Shown here piece after piece: positions 27,809 through 37,607 of a stretch of DNA of 64,000 nucleotides; the stretch's first letter is position 1, and every line of letters begins with the position of its first letter. The stretch is taken from NCBI GenBank assembly GCA_965661085.1, contig CBFIDA010000005.1, forward strand, positions 3,134 to 67,133, in the 5' to 3' direction. This stretch comes from Candidatus Comchoanobacterales bacterium (GTDB lineage: Bacteria > Pseudomonadota > Gammaproteobacteria > Comchoanobacterales > Comchoanobacteraceae). Under the pieces are notes generated by a model. It saw only the letters and a program-made list of their open reading frames with translations, had not been told where the DNA came from and did not search any database. Position numbers and translations under genes: made by a program.

Positions 27809-29005
27809 GTGCTAGTTTATGATTTTTGGGTAATGGGTATGACAATGTATACCGTTCTACTTTTCTTCGCCCAACCCATGGTCTACATCCCATTGGCCGT
27901 TTTAGCAGCGCTGGTTTTGTGCGTGTGGCTGTTTGGTCGTGGTGCAAGTGGTAACAGTTCAGAAGAATACCAGGCGGTTGTTTCAAGCATGCCTACTAAG
28001 GGTCTTGAACCCACACAGTCCAAAGTGGTGCGCTCATGGAAAAAAAAATTCACTGATGTTTCAGGGCTTGCTGCAGCATGTAAAGAAGATATAAATAAGG
28101 ATTTTGAGCAGGCAAATAATGTGACAAATGCAGAACATTCCCAATCACTGAGAGAAGGTATTGTCGATACTTATAATGCCATGGTTGATGATGTGTTGCG
28201 CACTTTTATCGATGAAAAGAAGAGCGCGCCTAAGGCATCATACCCAATGCAAAATTTGGACACTTTTTTTAATCGGGTCATGTCGTCTTTTGTGCAAAAA
28301 CGCTTTCCAAAACTGACTTCAATTGATATGTGTTCAAAGCATGTGGTGAAGGCATCGTTAGAGTTTTGCCGAGTATTTGAATCATTGCAAAAGAAGTTAT
28401 TTTCTCAAAAGACTGAATCATCACTTCAAGCCTTCTCTGAGATGGATAAAATTGCCAGTCAGGCGCTATCGGAAGCACGTGTGAAACGCTCAGGCCTTAA
28501 GTCTACTGATGATGGTATAGAGGACGTTGCACGAAAGATTGCGTCAAAGGTGAGAGACCCTTTTTATGTGGGCATTCACGAGTGGCAACAGGGTGCTCTG
28601 GAGTTGAAGGGGGATGAGGATTCCGTTGTTGAAAAACTTAAGGATAACATCAATCTGGAGCTGAAAGCGCATCATATTTACCAAAAAACATGTACGCTCA
28701 TACCGCGTCTCAGGGACAAGAAGGCATTTGAGCATGTGTCAAATGAAGCGTATAAGGAATGCTTCAATTGTGTTGCTAAACATTTAGAAAAATGCCAAAA
28801 GAAACTAGATATTGTAGGGGGCTGCACGAATGTGATCGCCCTGAATATTTTTCATGCGACAGGAACTGTCTCAAAGCGAACGCTGAGTTACACACATGTT
28901 ACTTCGTCCCTCAAATATGGGGATATATCATCCAAGCTTGATGGCCTAAATGCAGGTTTAGACAAGATGCTTAATGCATCACCTAAAACCCAGCTAGGTG
29001 CTTGA
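27809..29005 (+). CDS. orphan 398-aa protein with N-terminal hydrophobic anchor (candidate effector)
   Basis: The DNA is A+T-rich. The N-terminus YTVLLFFAQPMVYIPLAVLAALVLCVWLF is hydrophobic, and the rest is helical and Lys/Glu-rich. The start is uncertain among several Met codons between 27809 and 27845. Confidence 0.65.
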   Translation: MLVYDFWVMGMTMYTVLLFFAQPMVYIPLAVLAALVLCVWLFGRGASGNSSEEYQAVVSSMPTKGLEPTQSKVVRSWKKKFTDVSGLAAACKEDINKDFEQANNVTNAEHSQSLREGIVDTYNAMVDDVLRTFIDEKKSAPKASYPMQNLDTFFNRVMSSFVQKRFPKLTSIDMCSKHVVKASLEFCRVFESLQKKLFSQKTESSLQAFSEMDKIASQALSEARVKRSGLKSTDDGIEDVARKIASKVRDPFYVGIHEWQQGALELKGDEDSVVEKLKDNINLELKAHHIYQKTCTLIPRLRDKKAFEHVSNEAYKECFNCVAKHLEKCQKKLDIVGGCTNVIALNIFHATGTVSKRTLSYTHVTSSLKYGDISSKLDGLNAGLDKMLNASPKTQLGA

Positions 29006-29657
29006 TGAGGGTTGCGAAGGCATGCATGAGGGCATAGAAATAGGGTGTCAGGAGCTGGCTGAGTAGACCGGTGAGCAATAAAAAAATGAGAATAAAAAAA
29101 CCGTAGGGTTCTATTTGATCGTAGTAATACGCCCATTTTCCAGGTAAAAGTGCAGACACAATGCGGCCACCATCGAGTGGTGGCAATGGCAACATGTTGA
29201 GGACAGCCAAGATGTTGTTGATTTTGATGCCTGCAATGGCAGCGGCCAAAAGCCAGTTGTAAAAAGCTGTTTCGGGTGTGAGGAGGCGGTAAGCCAGAAC
29301 GGCCAACAATGCCCAGATCAATGCCATGATCAGATTGGATACAGGGCCAGCCACAGCGACCCAAGCCATGTCTCTTTTAGGATTTTTCAAGCCATCGGGG
29401 TTGACGGGTACAGGTTTGGCCCAGCCAAAAAGGAAGGGGGTGCCGGTGAGCAGTAGGGCCAGAGGCACCAAAAGGGTGCCGACTGTATCGATGTGGGCCA
29501 TTGGATTGAGGGTGAGTCTGCCAAGCATTTTTGCCGATTGATCGCCACGCAAGCTGGCAACCCATCCATGTGCGTATTCGTGCACCGTGATGGCAAACAA
29601 GACAGGGAGGCCCCAGATGGACAGCATGCGCATGAAGGTGTTGGGGTCCATCATCAT
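28983..29657 (-). CDS. M50-family (site-2 protease-like) membrane metalloprotease
   Basis: HEYAHGW is an HExxH motif inside a TM helix. LNMLPLPPLDGGR is the second M50 motif. The protein has multiple TM segments. Confidence 0.85.
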   Translation of the reverse strand: MMMDPNTFMRMLSIWGLPVLFAITVHEYAHGWVASLRGDQSAKMLGRLTLNPMAHIDTVGTLLVPLALLLTGTPFLFGWAKPVPVNPDGLKNPKRDMAWVAVAGPVSNLIMALIWALLAVLAYRLLTPETAFYNWLLAAAIAGIKINNILAVLNMLPLPPLDGGRIVSALLPGKWAYYYDQIEPYGFFILIFLLLTGLLSQLLTPYFYALMHAFATLIKHLAGF

Positions 29658-29667
29658 GATATGTGCC

Positions 29668-30252
29668 TCAAACTCGATTTTCGAACAAGGTGACCACTTT
29701 TTTGACCCCAGGCACCTTACGCACGGCGTCGGTGGCCAAGGCTTGCTGTGCATTGGGTAGAATGCCCATCAGGTAGACCACACCATGGTTGACTATGGGG
29801 GTCACTTGAGCGGACCGCAGGCCTTTTTTCTGGAGTAGCGCTGTTTGAACATGACCGGCCAGCCATACATCTTTGGCACCATCGATGGCGCTGTCTTTTT
29901 GTGTGACGGTCAATTTGTTGTAAATGCGTCGCACATGCGGTGCAGATTGCGCAATTTTATAGATGCGCACCCGTTGTTCGGGTGTGCGCACGCGTCCGAC
30001 CAACAAGGTATTGTGGTTGATGGTTTTGACGCTGACATCGGTGCTTTGCAGCGTTTCATTTTCGGCGACTTTTTCGTTGATGAAAGTGGTGGTGGTATGA
30101 TCTTGTGACATGGTTTTGAAGCTGCGTTGATCGTACAGCGCTGTGGCTGTCAGTGCCGAAGCACCAGCGACCACTGCGGTGGTCATGCAGCCATTCAGGA
30201 GTGCCAAACTGAGGCATGTGAGGATGATTTTGTGGGGTGTTGTGCAACGCAT
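29668..30252 (-). CDS. dolP: BON-domain outer-membrane lipoprotein (DolP/YraP-like)
   Basis: It has the lipobox LALLNGC and two BON-like repeats. Its position downstream of lpoA-yraN matches E. coli. Confidence 0.8.
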   Translation of the reverse strand: MRCTTPHKIILTCLSLALLNGCMTTAVVAGASALTATALYDQRSFKTMSQDHTTTTFINEKVAENETLQSTDVSVKTINHNTLLVGRVRTPEQRVRIYKIAQSAPHVRRIYNKLTVTQKDSAIDGAKDVWLAGHVQTALLQKKGLRSAQVTPIVNHGVVYLMGILPNAQQALATDAVRKVPGVKKVVTLFENRV

Positions 30253-30321
30253 GTCAATGCTCCAATCGATGAATCTGTCATCACCATAACATAGGCCATG
30301 TTGCGAAAAAAGTCCTTTATG

Positions 30322-30708
30322 TCATGGGGATGCTTGAATTGTGTGCATGAGTGTCTCAGCTCTGAAGGCATCGACACACCATTGATGCACATTCAAGCCC
30401 ACCAATGCCACAACATCAAAACGTATGGCGGTATAGGTGACGGCATGTTGCATGAGGAAGTGTTCGGTGGCAAGCAGGATCCGTTGTTGTTTGGTTTTAG
30501 AAATGGGGGGATACAGCTTGAAGGCATGTGGGGTTTTTCTGGATTTGACCTCCACAACGACCAATGTGTCGTTGGCCATCATGATCAGATCGAGCTCTCC
30601 CCAGCGACAGCGATGATTGCGCCCGATCAAGCATAGGCCCTTTTGCTGCAAATGCTTGCAGGCTTGATCTTCGGCATGTTGTCCGCGCTGTTGTGTGGGA
30701 CTGGTCAT
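30322..30708 (-). CDS. yraN: YraN-family (UPF0102) endonuclease-like protein
   Basis: GELDLIMMANDTLVVVEVKSR is the PD-(D/E)xK-like motif. The start overlaps the lpoA stop (ATGA). Confidence 0.85.
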   Translation of the reverse strand: MTSPTQQRGQHAEDQACKHLQQKGLCLIGRNHRCRWGELDLIMMANDTLVVVEVKSRKTPHAFKLYPPISKTKQQRILLATEHFLMQHAVTYTAIRFDVVALVGLNVHQWCVDAFRAETLMHTIQASP

Positions 30709-32492
30709 GCCAGATGCTGTGTTGTATCGGCGCGTTTGGGGCGACCTCGGTGTAAGGTCATCCAGACAGTGTTGCGTTGTATCACGTGGGGTTGACGCAT
30801 TTGGTATATGCCATTTAAGCCCACACATTGTGTCCATGACATGGATTGCATCACGGGGAGCGTCAACAAAAGACGCAGACTGTCTTGGCCAAGTCGAAAG
30901 AAATTGGGGTGGCGTTGCAAATATTTGGGCCAACTGGGCATGTGGGCGCCCGGTGTATGGCGTGGGGGCACATAGCCCAGATAGCGGACATGTTCGAGAT
31001 CTTGTTTTTGATAGCGATGGGCAACTGGCTGTTGAAAGATGCTGGGGCCAAAGAGCGGCAAGTCGCCGCTGTAGTGATAACGAATCAATGGAATGATGGC
31101 GCTGGCTTGTTTCTGTCCCATGGCCAAAATGATCGCATCAATGTCTGGGCGATGGCTGGGGATGGTGCGTACCTTTTCTTGCAGTGCTTTGGCAATTTGT
31201 TGGCCGTGGTGATGACTTGTGGTGATGCCCAGAGTCTCTTGAATGAAGGCATCGTTGTGCTGTGGCGTTGTGGGCAGTGTTGCAATCCAATCTTCTTGCA
31301 AAGTGGCGTGGGGCCAGCCCATACTGAAAGCATGGCCGATCTTCTCTCCCAAAGGGGTTGCGGATTGAATCACCAAGGGGTGGCGATAACCCAAATGGCT
31401 GACATGCTTTGCCAAATCTCTGATTTCTGACTGTTGTGTCAGATCAATCCAATACAAATCATCGTTGGGTGTGGCGCGTTGAGGTGGATTGAACGCCAAG
31501 ATGGGTTTTTGCAGGTGTCTATCATTGTTCAGTTGTGCCACCCGTTTTTTGGTGAGCGGCCCGATGATGGCATCCAGGTCTGGGCGTTCGGCAAAAGCCA
31601 ACATGGCATTCGGGTCGTCTTGGCTGGCATCATAGACCACCACGTTGAGTGCATGGTTGGGGCGTTGTTGTTTCATGCGGTACAGTTGCGCCATGATGCC
31701 GTAGAGCAGGGTGTTGCCTTGTTGGGCATACACCCCATGTTGTGGCACAATGACGCCAATTTTGTGGATGGCAGGCATGGCCGTGCTGGGTTGCAACCAA
31801 GCTTGCGCAGGGTGTTCGATGTGTGTGGCCCGCCATGATGCCAAACGTTCAGGCCATTGAGAGGGCTGATGGCATGCCAGTGCTGTGGCTTGTGCCAAGG
31901 CCACCCAGCCTGAAAACGGTGCGGATAGGCTTGTTGGGGTCGAGCCAGATTGGCCCAGCCGACGCCAGTGTTGGTCTAGCCAGTGGGGTTGGTCTGCCTC
32001 AGGTGTGCGGTCAAATGCTTGTTGCAGGGTGCGCAAAGCTGATAGGTTCTGATGGCGTGCGGTGAGCAATTTGGCTTTGAGGTTCAGTGCTTTGGGCAAC
32101 CATGCTTGCGGTAAATGATGCAAGGCGCGGTTCAGACGGTGTTGTGCTTGACCAACATGATGTTGTTGGGCCGCAATGCTGGCGCGTGCAAAATCACGCA
32201 AGGCACGATCTTCAGGCGATGCATCATGCTGCATGGGCCATTGAGCAAGACGTTTGGCCAGTGTGATGTGGGCCTCGTTGCACAATTTTAGGGCGGCAAA
32301 CGTGAACAGGCGGTCCTGAGCCTCCGGTTGCTCTTGGGCTTGTTGTAAATACCATTCAGCCGATTCTGGCAACAGAGTGGATGAAGGCGCTGCTGACCAT
32401 TGATCAAATGTTGGCCTGTTGCCGCAGCCGTGTATGAAAATGCCCAATAGTATCAGGCAGATCAAATTTAAAAAACGCATGTTGTGCATCAC
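30705..32492 (-). CDS. lpoA: penicillin-binding protein activator LpoA
   Basis: It has the lipobox GIFIHGC, a TPR-like N-terminal half and a periplasmic-binding-protein-like C-terminal half. It lies divergent to rsmI, as in E. coli. Confidence 0.85.
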   Translation of the reverse strand: MMHNMRFLNLICLILLGIFIHGCGNRPTFDQWSAAPSSTLLPESAEWYLQQAQEQPEAQDRLFTFAALKLCNEAHITLAKRLAQWPMQHDASPEDRALRDFARASIAAQQHHVGQAQHRLNRALHHLPQAWLPKALNLKAKLLTARHQNLSALRTLQQAFDRTPEADQPHWLDQHWRRLGQSGSTPTSLSAPFSGWVALAQATALACHQPSQWPERLASWRATHIEHPAQAWLQPSTAMPAIHKIGVIVPQHGVYAQQGNTLLYGIMAQLYRMKQQRPNHALNVVVYDASQDDPNAMLAFAERPDLDAIIGPLTKKRVAQLNNDRHLQKPILAFNPPQRATPNDDLYWIDLTQQSEIRDLAKHVSHLGYRHPLVIQSATPLGEKIGHAFSMGWPHATLQEDWIATLPTTPQHNDAFIQETLGITTSHHHGQQIAKALQEKVRTIPSHRPDIDAIILAMGQKQASAIIPLIRYHYSGDLPLFGPSIFQQPVAHRYQKQDLEHVRYLGYVPPRHTPGAHMPSWPKYLQRHPNFFRLGQDSLRLLLTLPVMQSMSWTQCVGLNGIYQMRQPHVIQRNTVWMTLHRGRPKRADTTQHLA

Positions 32493-32678
32493 AAATCCAT
32501 TGATGATGCTTCCACCTTAGGCATCTTTTGAGTTCAGGTCAACCCGTGGCCACTATTGGGGAGCATTTTATGATTTGTGCCAAAAAAAGGAGATGGTATG
32601 GGCTGACCGACCAGAGCATTGTGTGTGCGGCTTCAAACAGGTATGTTGAACAACAAGACAATCAGATAAGGATGTGCC

Positions 32679-33521
32679 ATGGCCATCGATCGGCAAACAT
32701 TGTATGTGGTGGCAACCCCCATCGGACACTTGGCAGACTTCAGCCATCGCGCTGTCATGGTGCTGGGGCAGTGCGATGTGATTTTGTGTGAAGACACGCG
32801 TGTCAGTCGTGTCTTGCTTCAGCATCATGGCATCACCACGCCCATTCAAGCCATGCATCGGTTCAATGAGGCCGATGTGTTGCAGCGCCATATCGATGGA
32901 CTCACCCAAGGGCAAAGCATTGCCATCATCAGTGATGCTGGCACACCGTTGATCCAAGACCCAGGGGGACGCTTGGTTTGTGCCTGTCATGCTCAGGGTA
33001 TTAGGGTGGTGCCCATCCCGGGGGCCAGTGCGATCATGGCGGCGTTGTCGGTTGCAGGTTTTTCAGAAAGTCATTTTGAGTTTGTGGGTTTTTTGCCAGG
33101 CAAAGCCCATGCGCGGGACACCATGCTCAAAGCATGGTGTGAGCAACCGCACATCATGGTGGCCTTTGAGGTGCCGCATCGTATCGAAGCGACTTTGACG
33201 GCGTTGGCGCATGTGTTGCCACCTGATCGCGATGTGGTCTTGGCCAGGGAGTTGACCAAAAAATTTGAGACAATTGTGCGGCTTAAGGCCAGTGAGCTGC
33301 CAACATGGATGACCCAAAAGCCTGTTTTGAAAGGAGAGTGGGTGTTGATGGTCGGGCCAGCTGTCATTGAGCCATCGGCACTGTCGCCTCAAGGCAAGCA
33401 GGCATTGAAAGTGTTGATGACGCGTTGCTCCATCAAAGACAGTGTGGCCATGGCCTCCGCCATCACGGGGGATCGTAAAAACGTCCTATACGCTTATGCC
33501 ATGACGCTGGATGCAGGCTGA
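32679..33521 (+). CDS. rsmI: 16S rRNA (cytidine1402-2'-O)-methyltransferase
   Basis: LYVVATPIGHLADFSHRAV...ILCEDTR...GTPLIQDPG is the tetrapyrrole-methylase-fold RsmI pattern. Confidence 0.92.
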   Translation: MAIDRQTLYVVATPIGHLADFSHRAVMVLGQCDVILCEDTRVSRVLLQHHGITTPIQAMHRFNEADVLQRHIDGLTQGQSIAIISDAGTPLIQDPGGRLVCACHAQGIRVVPIPGASAIMAALSVAGFSESHFEFVGFLPGKAHARDTMLKAWCEQPHIMVAFEVPHRIEATLTALAHVLPPDRDVVLARELTKKFETIVRLKASELPTWMTQKPVLKGEWVLMVGPAVIEPSALSPQGKQALKVLMTRCSIKDSVAMASAITGDRKNVLYAYAMTLDAG

Positions 33522-33635
33522 CAATCGCCCATTGTGTCGTGCGTCATAATGCATCAGTTTGTGTGATTGGTCAGTGCAAACGGGTGGTCAAGGTGTTTGG
33601 TGAGGTGGTGGATGATAAAAAATGACGCAAGGCTT

Positions 33636-33664
33636 TTGAGATTGTGGTGCGACTGTGTTATTTT
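33636..33664 (+). promoter_or_regulatory. candidate sigma-70 promoter of rnpB
   Basis: TTGAGA-(17 nt)-TATTTT ends 6 nt before the predicted rnpB 5' end. Confidence 0.5.
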
Positions 33665-33670
33665 ATGGGT

Positions 33671-34008
33671 AAGTCAGTCGGGCAATCGCTGCATATGCAG
33701 AGGAAAGTCCGGGCTTCGCAGAGCAGGGTGCCAGGTAATGCCTGGGCAGCGTGAGTTGACGGCCAGTGCCACAGAAAACAAACCGCCACCTCGCGGTGGT
33801 AAGGGTGAAAAGGTGCGGTAAGAGCGCACCGCTTGTTTGGCAACAAACAAGGCATGGTAAACCCCACCTGAAGCAAGGCCAAATAGAGATTGGTGCCAAT
33901 GGCATGTGCGGCTCGTACAACAATCTGGGTAGGCTGCTTGAGGCGGCAAGCGATTGTCGTCCTAGATGAATGATTGCCCAAGACAGAACCCGGCTTACAG
34001 ACTGACTT
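33671..34008 (+). ncRNA. rnpB: RNase P RNA (bacterial type A)
   Basis: Conserved blocks are GAGGAAAGTCCGGGCT, AGGGTGCCAGGTAA, GGTAAGGGTGAAA, GTGCGGTAAGAGCGCACC, AGCAAGGCCAAATAG, GGGTAGGCTGCTTGAG, CCTAGATGAATGA and ACAGAACCCGGCTTA, in E. coli order. P1 pairs AAGTCAGTC with GACTGACTT. Confidence 0.93.
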
Positions 34009-34046
34009 ATTTTGTTTTTAAATTGTTTTGGAGCGCTACAACCACC

Positions 34047-35219
34047 ATGGTCGACAACACAGTCATCTTTTCCATCTTCTTGATTTTCACTGGCGCTGCC
34101 TTATTGTCCACCATGGCGCTGTTCACCCGTCAATCGTTGATGGTGTCTTACATGGTATTGGGTGGTTTGTTGGGGCCATGGGGTTTGCAATGGGTCAACG
34201 ACAGCATGCTCATTCAACAAACGGGTGATGTGGGCATCATTTTCTTGTTGTTTTTGTTGGGTTTGCACCTTGATCCTAAGAATCTATGGCAAATGCTTAA
34301 GAAGGCAACGTTGGTGTCGGTATTGAGTTGTTTTTCCTTTGCTTTGATTGGTTATGTCATCGCCAGATTCTTTCATTTTCCACCCAGTGAATCGATGATC
34401 ATTGGGGCGGCCTTTATGTTCTCCAGCACCATCATTGCGTTGAAAATGTTGCCCACCACGGTGCTGCACCATCAGCATACCGGTGAAGTGATGATTTCCA
34501 TTTTGCTGCTGCAAGATTTGATTGCCATCATGGTATTGTTGTGGCTACAAGGGTTGACTGTCGATGGGTTTGGGGTGACGGATTTTGCCAAAGTGGTGTT
34601 TTCTTTGCCCATGTTGCTGCTGTTTGCGTTTGCTTTTGAACGTTATGTTTTGGTGCGTTTGTTTGCACGATTCGATCGGGTGCGTGAGTATTTGTTCTTG
34701 TTGTCCATTGGGTGGTGTTTGAGCATGGCCGAAATGGCTCGATATTTAGGGCTTTCGCATGAGGTTGGTGCCTTCATTGCGGGTGTGTCGATTGCCTCGA
34801 GTTCCATTTCTTTATACATTGCCGAATCTTTGAAGCCAGTCCGTGATTTCTTTTTGGTGCTGTTTTTCTTTTCTGTGGGTGCAACATTCAATTTGTCGTA
34901 TTTGCCTAAAGTCATTGTGCCAGCCATCGTGCTTGCTGTGGCACTGCTTGTGGCCAAGCCATTCATCTTCAAATTTTTGCTTGAGAAAGTGGGAGAGATG
35001 TCGAATGTGGGCTGGGAAATTGGGGTGCGTCTCGGTCAATTGAGTGAATTCTCATTGCTGGTGGCATATTTTGCAGCGGACAAAACTTCTCTGATCAGCA
35101 AGTCAGGATCTTTTCTCATTCAGGCTGCAACAATCTTGTCGTTCATGCTGTCTTCTTATTGGGTGGTCCGAAAATATCCGACGCCCATTGCTGTCACCGA
35201 TCAACTGCGGCGTGATTGA
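34047..35219 (+). CDS. cation:proton antiporter (CPA2/Kef-type membrane domain)
   Basis: It has about 12 hydrophobic segments. GGLLGPWGL...GIIFLLFLLGLHLD is typical of the Na+/H+ exchanger family. The start is set at ATG 34047, after rnpB. Confidence 0.85.
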   Translation: MVDNTVIFSIFLIFTGAALLSTMALFTRQSLMVSYMVLGGLLGPWGLQWVNDSMLIQQTGDVGIIFLLFLLGLHLDPKNLWQMLKKATLVSVLSCFSFALIGYVIARFFHFPPSESMIIGAAFMFSSTIIALKMLPTTVLHHQHTGEVMISILLLQDLIAIMVLLWLQGLTVDGFGVTDFAKVVFSLPMLLLFAFAFERYVLVRLFARFDRVREYLFLLSIGWCLSMAEMARYLGLSHEVGAFIAGVSIASSSISLYIAESLKPVRDFFLVLFFFSVGATFNLSYLPKVIVPAIVLAVALLVAKPFIFKFLLEKVGEMSNVGWEIGVRLGQLSEFSLLVAYFAADKTSLISKSGSFLIQAATILSFMLSSYWVVRKYPTPIAVTDQLRRD

Positions 35220-35517
35220 TGGTCGGGTGCGTTTTGGTCATCCAACACGTTTGCTGCAATCACCGTGTTTCTTGATGTCACCCTGCTGAAAGATGCCTGT
35301 GTCATGTTGATGGGCAGCATGCCATCGCTTTCAAAGGGATCGCACATCGACGCACCTCCGTCATCGTTGCCTTTTTGTATGACAAAGCGTTTGAAATGAG
35401 CACAGCAGCGCACGAATGGGTGGGATGTTTTAACAAAGTGGTTGATCGCATGCCTCACCCATCTTGACAAAATGCCGCCGTATATGGTACAAGGTCTCAT
35501 TTTGTGAGATTAAGATT

Positions 35518-35859
35518 ATGTTTGCAGTAGAAAAATACCTTTATTTTTATGATTTGAACAAGGGGGCGCGTGCCAAGATTCCTGATTTTTTTGAATGTGG
35601 CGTGCCTTTCATTCACCTGGGTGGGGCCATCACAGGGCAGTCAGATGAGGCCTATTTTGATCGTTGCTTTGCGGCTCAAATGCCTGCAGGCGAGCAATTC
35701 GCGCCTTTTCTGGTTCGGAGTTCGAAGTTGACAGCGCAACTTAAAGCGCGACTGAAAGCAATCACCAAAGGTCGACTGTCTGGCAGGTACGAACACCCCA
35801 CCTCTCTAGATTCTGAAAACAAACAAAACACAAAACTTTGTGGGTGTCCGATCAGCTAG
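35518..35859 (+). CDS. hypothetical 113-aa protein
   Basis: This is only an open frame (MFAVEKYLYFYDLNKGARAK...) with no recognised motif. Confidence 0.3.
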   Translation: MFAVEKYLYFYDLNKGARAKIPDFFECGVPFIHLGGAITGQSDEAYFDRCFAAQMPAGEQFAPFLVRSSKLTAQLKARLKAITKGRLSGRYEHPTSLDSENKQNTKLCGCPIS

Positions 35860-37607
35860 TCTTCCAGCGATGACCATTCGTCAAACAAGCCTTGTAATGT
35901 ATGCTCGAGTTCTGTGTATGCTGTCTGGTGGGCCTTGAGTGTTTCAGGCGGTTGCTGATAAAAGTCTGGTTGTTGGCTTTGGTCATACAGTGTATTCAGC
36001 TGGGCTTCGGTGTCTTCGATGAGCTGGGGCAGCGCTGCCAAGCGCCTGGTTTGATGGTAGCTGAGTTTCTTGGATTTTGGTTTGGCTGTGGGTGTTGGCG
36101 TGGTTTTGCGGCGTTTTGTGGTTGGTGGGCAAAGTTTGTGTTGCCAGGCTGACAGTTGGCCATCACAGCACTCGATGCGTCCATCGCCTTGCATCAGCCA
36201 TGCCTGTGTGATGATGTGGTCCAGAAACATTTGGTCATGGCTGATGATCAATACGGTGCCTGAGTAGTCCACCATAAAGGCTTCCAGAACTTCGAGTGTG
36301 GCAATGTCGAGGTCGTTGGTGGGTTCATCCAGGATCAACATGTTGGCAGGTTTGGCCAAACATTTTGCAAGCATCAAGCGGTTTTTTTCCCCCCCGGAAA
36401 GATGTTGGATGCTGCCCTGCGCTTGTGCACCTGAAAATAAAAATTGTTTGAGATAGGACATGACATGCATCTCTTGTGTGCCGATCTTGATGTGTGTTTG
36501 GCCATCGGCAACGTTGTCCATGACTGAAAGGGTGGGGTCGAGCTGTTGGCGATGCTGGTCAAAATAAGCCCACTGCAAGTTGCTGCCGTATTCAACATGT
36601 CCAGCCGTTGGAGGCAAATTGCCCATCAGGCATTGCAATAAACTGGTCTTTCCCACGCCGTTGCCCCCAATGATGCCGATTTTTTCACCACGCAATACGG
36701 TGTGATTGAAGTCTTGCAGCAAGGTTTTGTCGCCTCGATCCAGTTGGAGATTTTGGATGTCGAGAACTTTTTTGCCAGATTTTTCGTGGTGTTGGCCAGA
36801 GATGGCCAGGTTTTTTTGCGGGCCCTGCCAAGTTTTATAGGTGTCGCGCAGTGCTTTGAGTTTGGTGAGGCGGCCTTGGTTGCGTTTGCGTCGGCCTGTG
36901 ACCCCTCTTTGTAACCAATGCTCTTCGCGTTTGAGCGCTGCTTTGCGCAAGTGTTGCTGATGCACCAGTTCGGCATAGGCTTTTTCTTTGTTGCTGAGAT
37001 AGGTGGCAAAATTCCCGGGATGTGTTGTGATTTGTCCCCGATCCAAATCAACAATGGTGTCGGCCAGCTGTTCAATCAACCAACGATCATGACTGACAAA
37101 AAAACATGTGCCATGAAAGCGTTTGAGCTGACCAAGCATTTTGTGAATGGTCGGGATGTCCAGATGGTTGGTGGGTTCATCTAAAAACAAGATGTCTGGT
37201 GCTTGTTGCATGGCTTTGGCAAGCAGGAGTCGCCTTTTTTGTCCACCCGACAAAGCCTTGAAGGGGTGGTCTGGGCTGAGTGAAAATGCGTTGAGAATGT
37301 TGTGGCAGTTGGCTTCAGAGAGTGGGTGATTGGGGTGTTGCAGTGCTTGCAGGCAACTGAGGCCTTCGGCAAAAGCAGCGGTTTGCATGAGTGCTGCCAT
37401 GCTCAAATCTTTGGCCTTGATGATTTCGCCTTGGTCGGGGTGTTGTTTGCCCTGTAAGATTTGCATCAAGGTTGTTTTGCCAGCACCATTTTTGCCCACC
37501 AGCGCGATTTTTTGTTGTCGGTGAATCACCAAGTTGGCACCATCCAGCACATTGGTGTTGCGGAAAGTGTGGGTCAAGTTTTTGGCAGTCAGCAAAACGT
37601 CAGGCAT
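35856..37607 (-). CDS. uup: ABC-F ATPase, Uup-like
   Basis: It has two ABC cassettes (GKNGAGKTT and GGNGVGKTS, each with LSGG). The C-terminal KKLSYHQTRRLAALPQLIEDTEAQL coiled coil resembles E. coli Uup. Confidence 0.88.
   Translation of the reverse strand: MPDVLLTAKNLTHTFRNTNVLDGANLVIHRQQKIALVGKNGAGKTTLMQILQGKQHPDQGEIIKAKDLSMAALMQTAAFAEGLSCLQALQHPNHPLSEANCHNILNAFSLSPDHPFKALSGGQKRRLLLAKAMQQAPDILFLDEPTNHLDIPTIHKMLGQLKRFHGTCFFVSHDRWLIEQLADTIVDLDRGQITTHPGNFATYLSNKEKAYAELVHQQHLRKAALKREEHWLQRGVTGRRKRNQGRLTKLKALRDTYKTWQGPQKNLAISGQHHEKSGKKVLDIQNLQLDRGDKTLLQDFNHTVLRGEKIGIIGGNGVGKTSLLQCLMGNLPPTAGHVEYGSNLQWAYFDQHRQQLDPTLSVMDNVADGQTHIKIGTQEMHVMSYLKQFLFSGAQAQGSIQHLSGGEKNRLMLAKCLAKPANMLILDEPTNDLDIATLEVLEAFMVDYSGTVLIISHDQMFLDHIITQAWLMQGDGRIECCDGQLSAWQHKLCPPTTKRRKTTPTPTAKPKSKKLSYHQTRRLAALPQLIEDTEAQLNTLYDQSQQPDFYQQPPETLKAHQTAYTELEHTLQGLFDEWSSLED

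Noticed and set aside
30846-31430. A 194-aa ORF on the plus strand, and other long shadow ORFs (42865..43431, 48856..49380, 50393..50923, 19989..20573).
   Set aside because: Each is antisense to a gene with clear family motifs (lpoA, lpd, the histidine kinase, aroC, and the interrupted ORF). None has features of its own.
33658-33981. ORFs of 67-107 aa on both strands (33658..33981, 33663..33923, 33674..33949, 33766..33969, 33567..33821), and the 33966 start of the antiporter ORF.
   Set aside because: The region is the RNase P RNA gene, so the ORFs are by-products of a structured, G+C-rich RNA. The antiporter start is moved to ATG 34047.
35201-35500. A 99-aa minus-strand ORF downstream of the antiporter gene.
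   Set aside because: It has no RBS and no motif, and it overlaps the antiporter 3' end. Support is insufficient, though the 35.2-35.5 kb region could hold a degraded gene.
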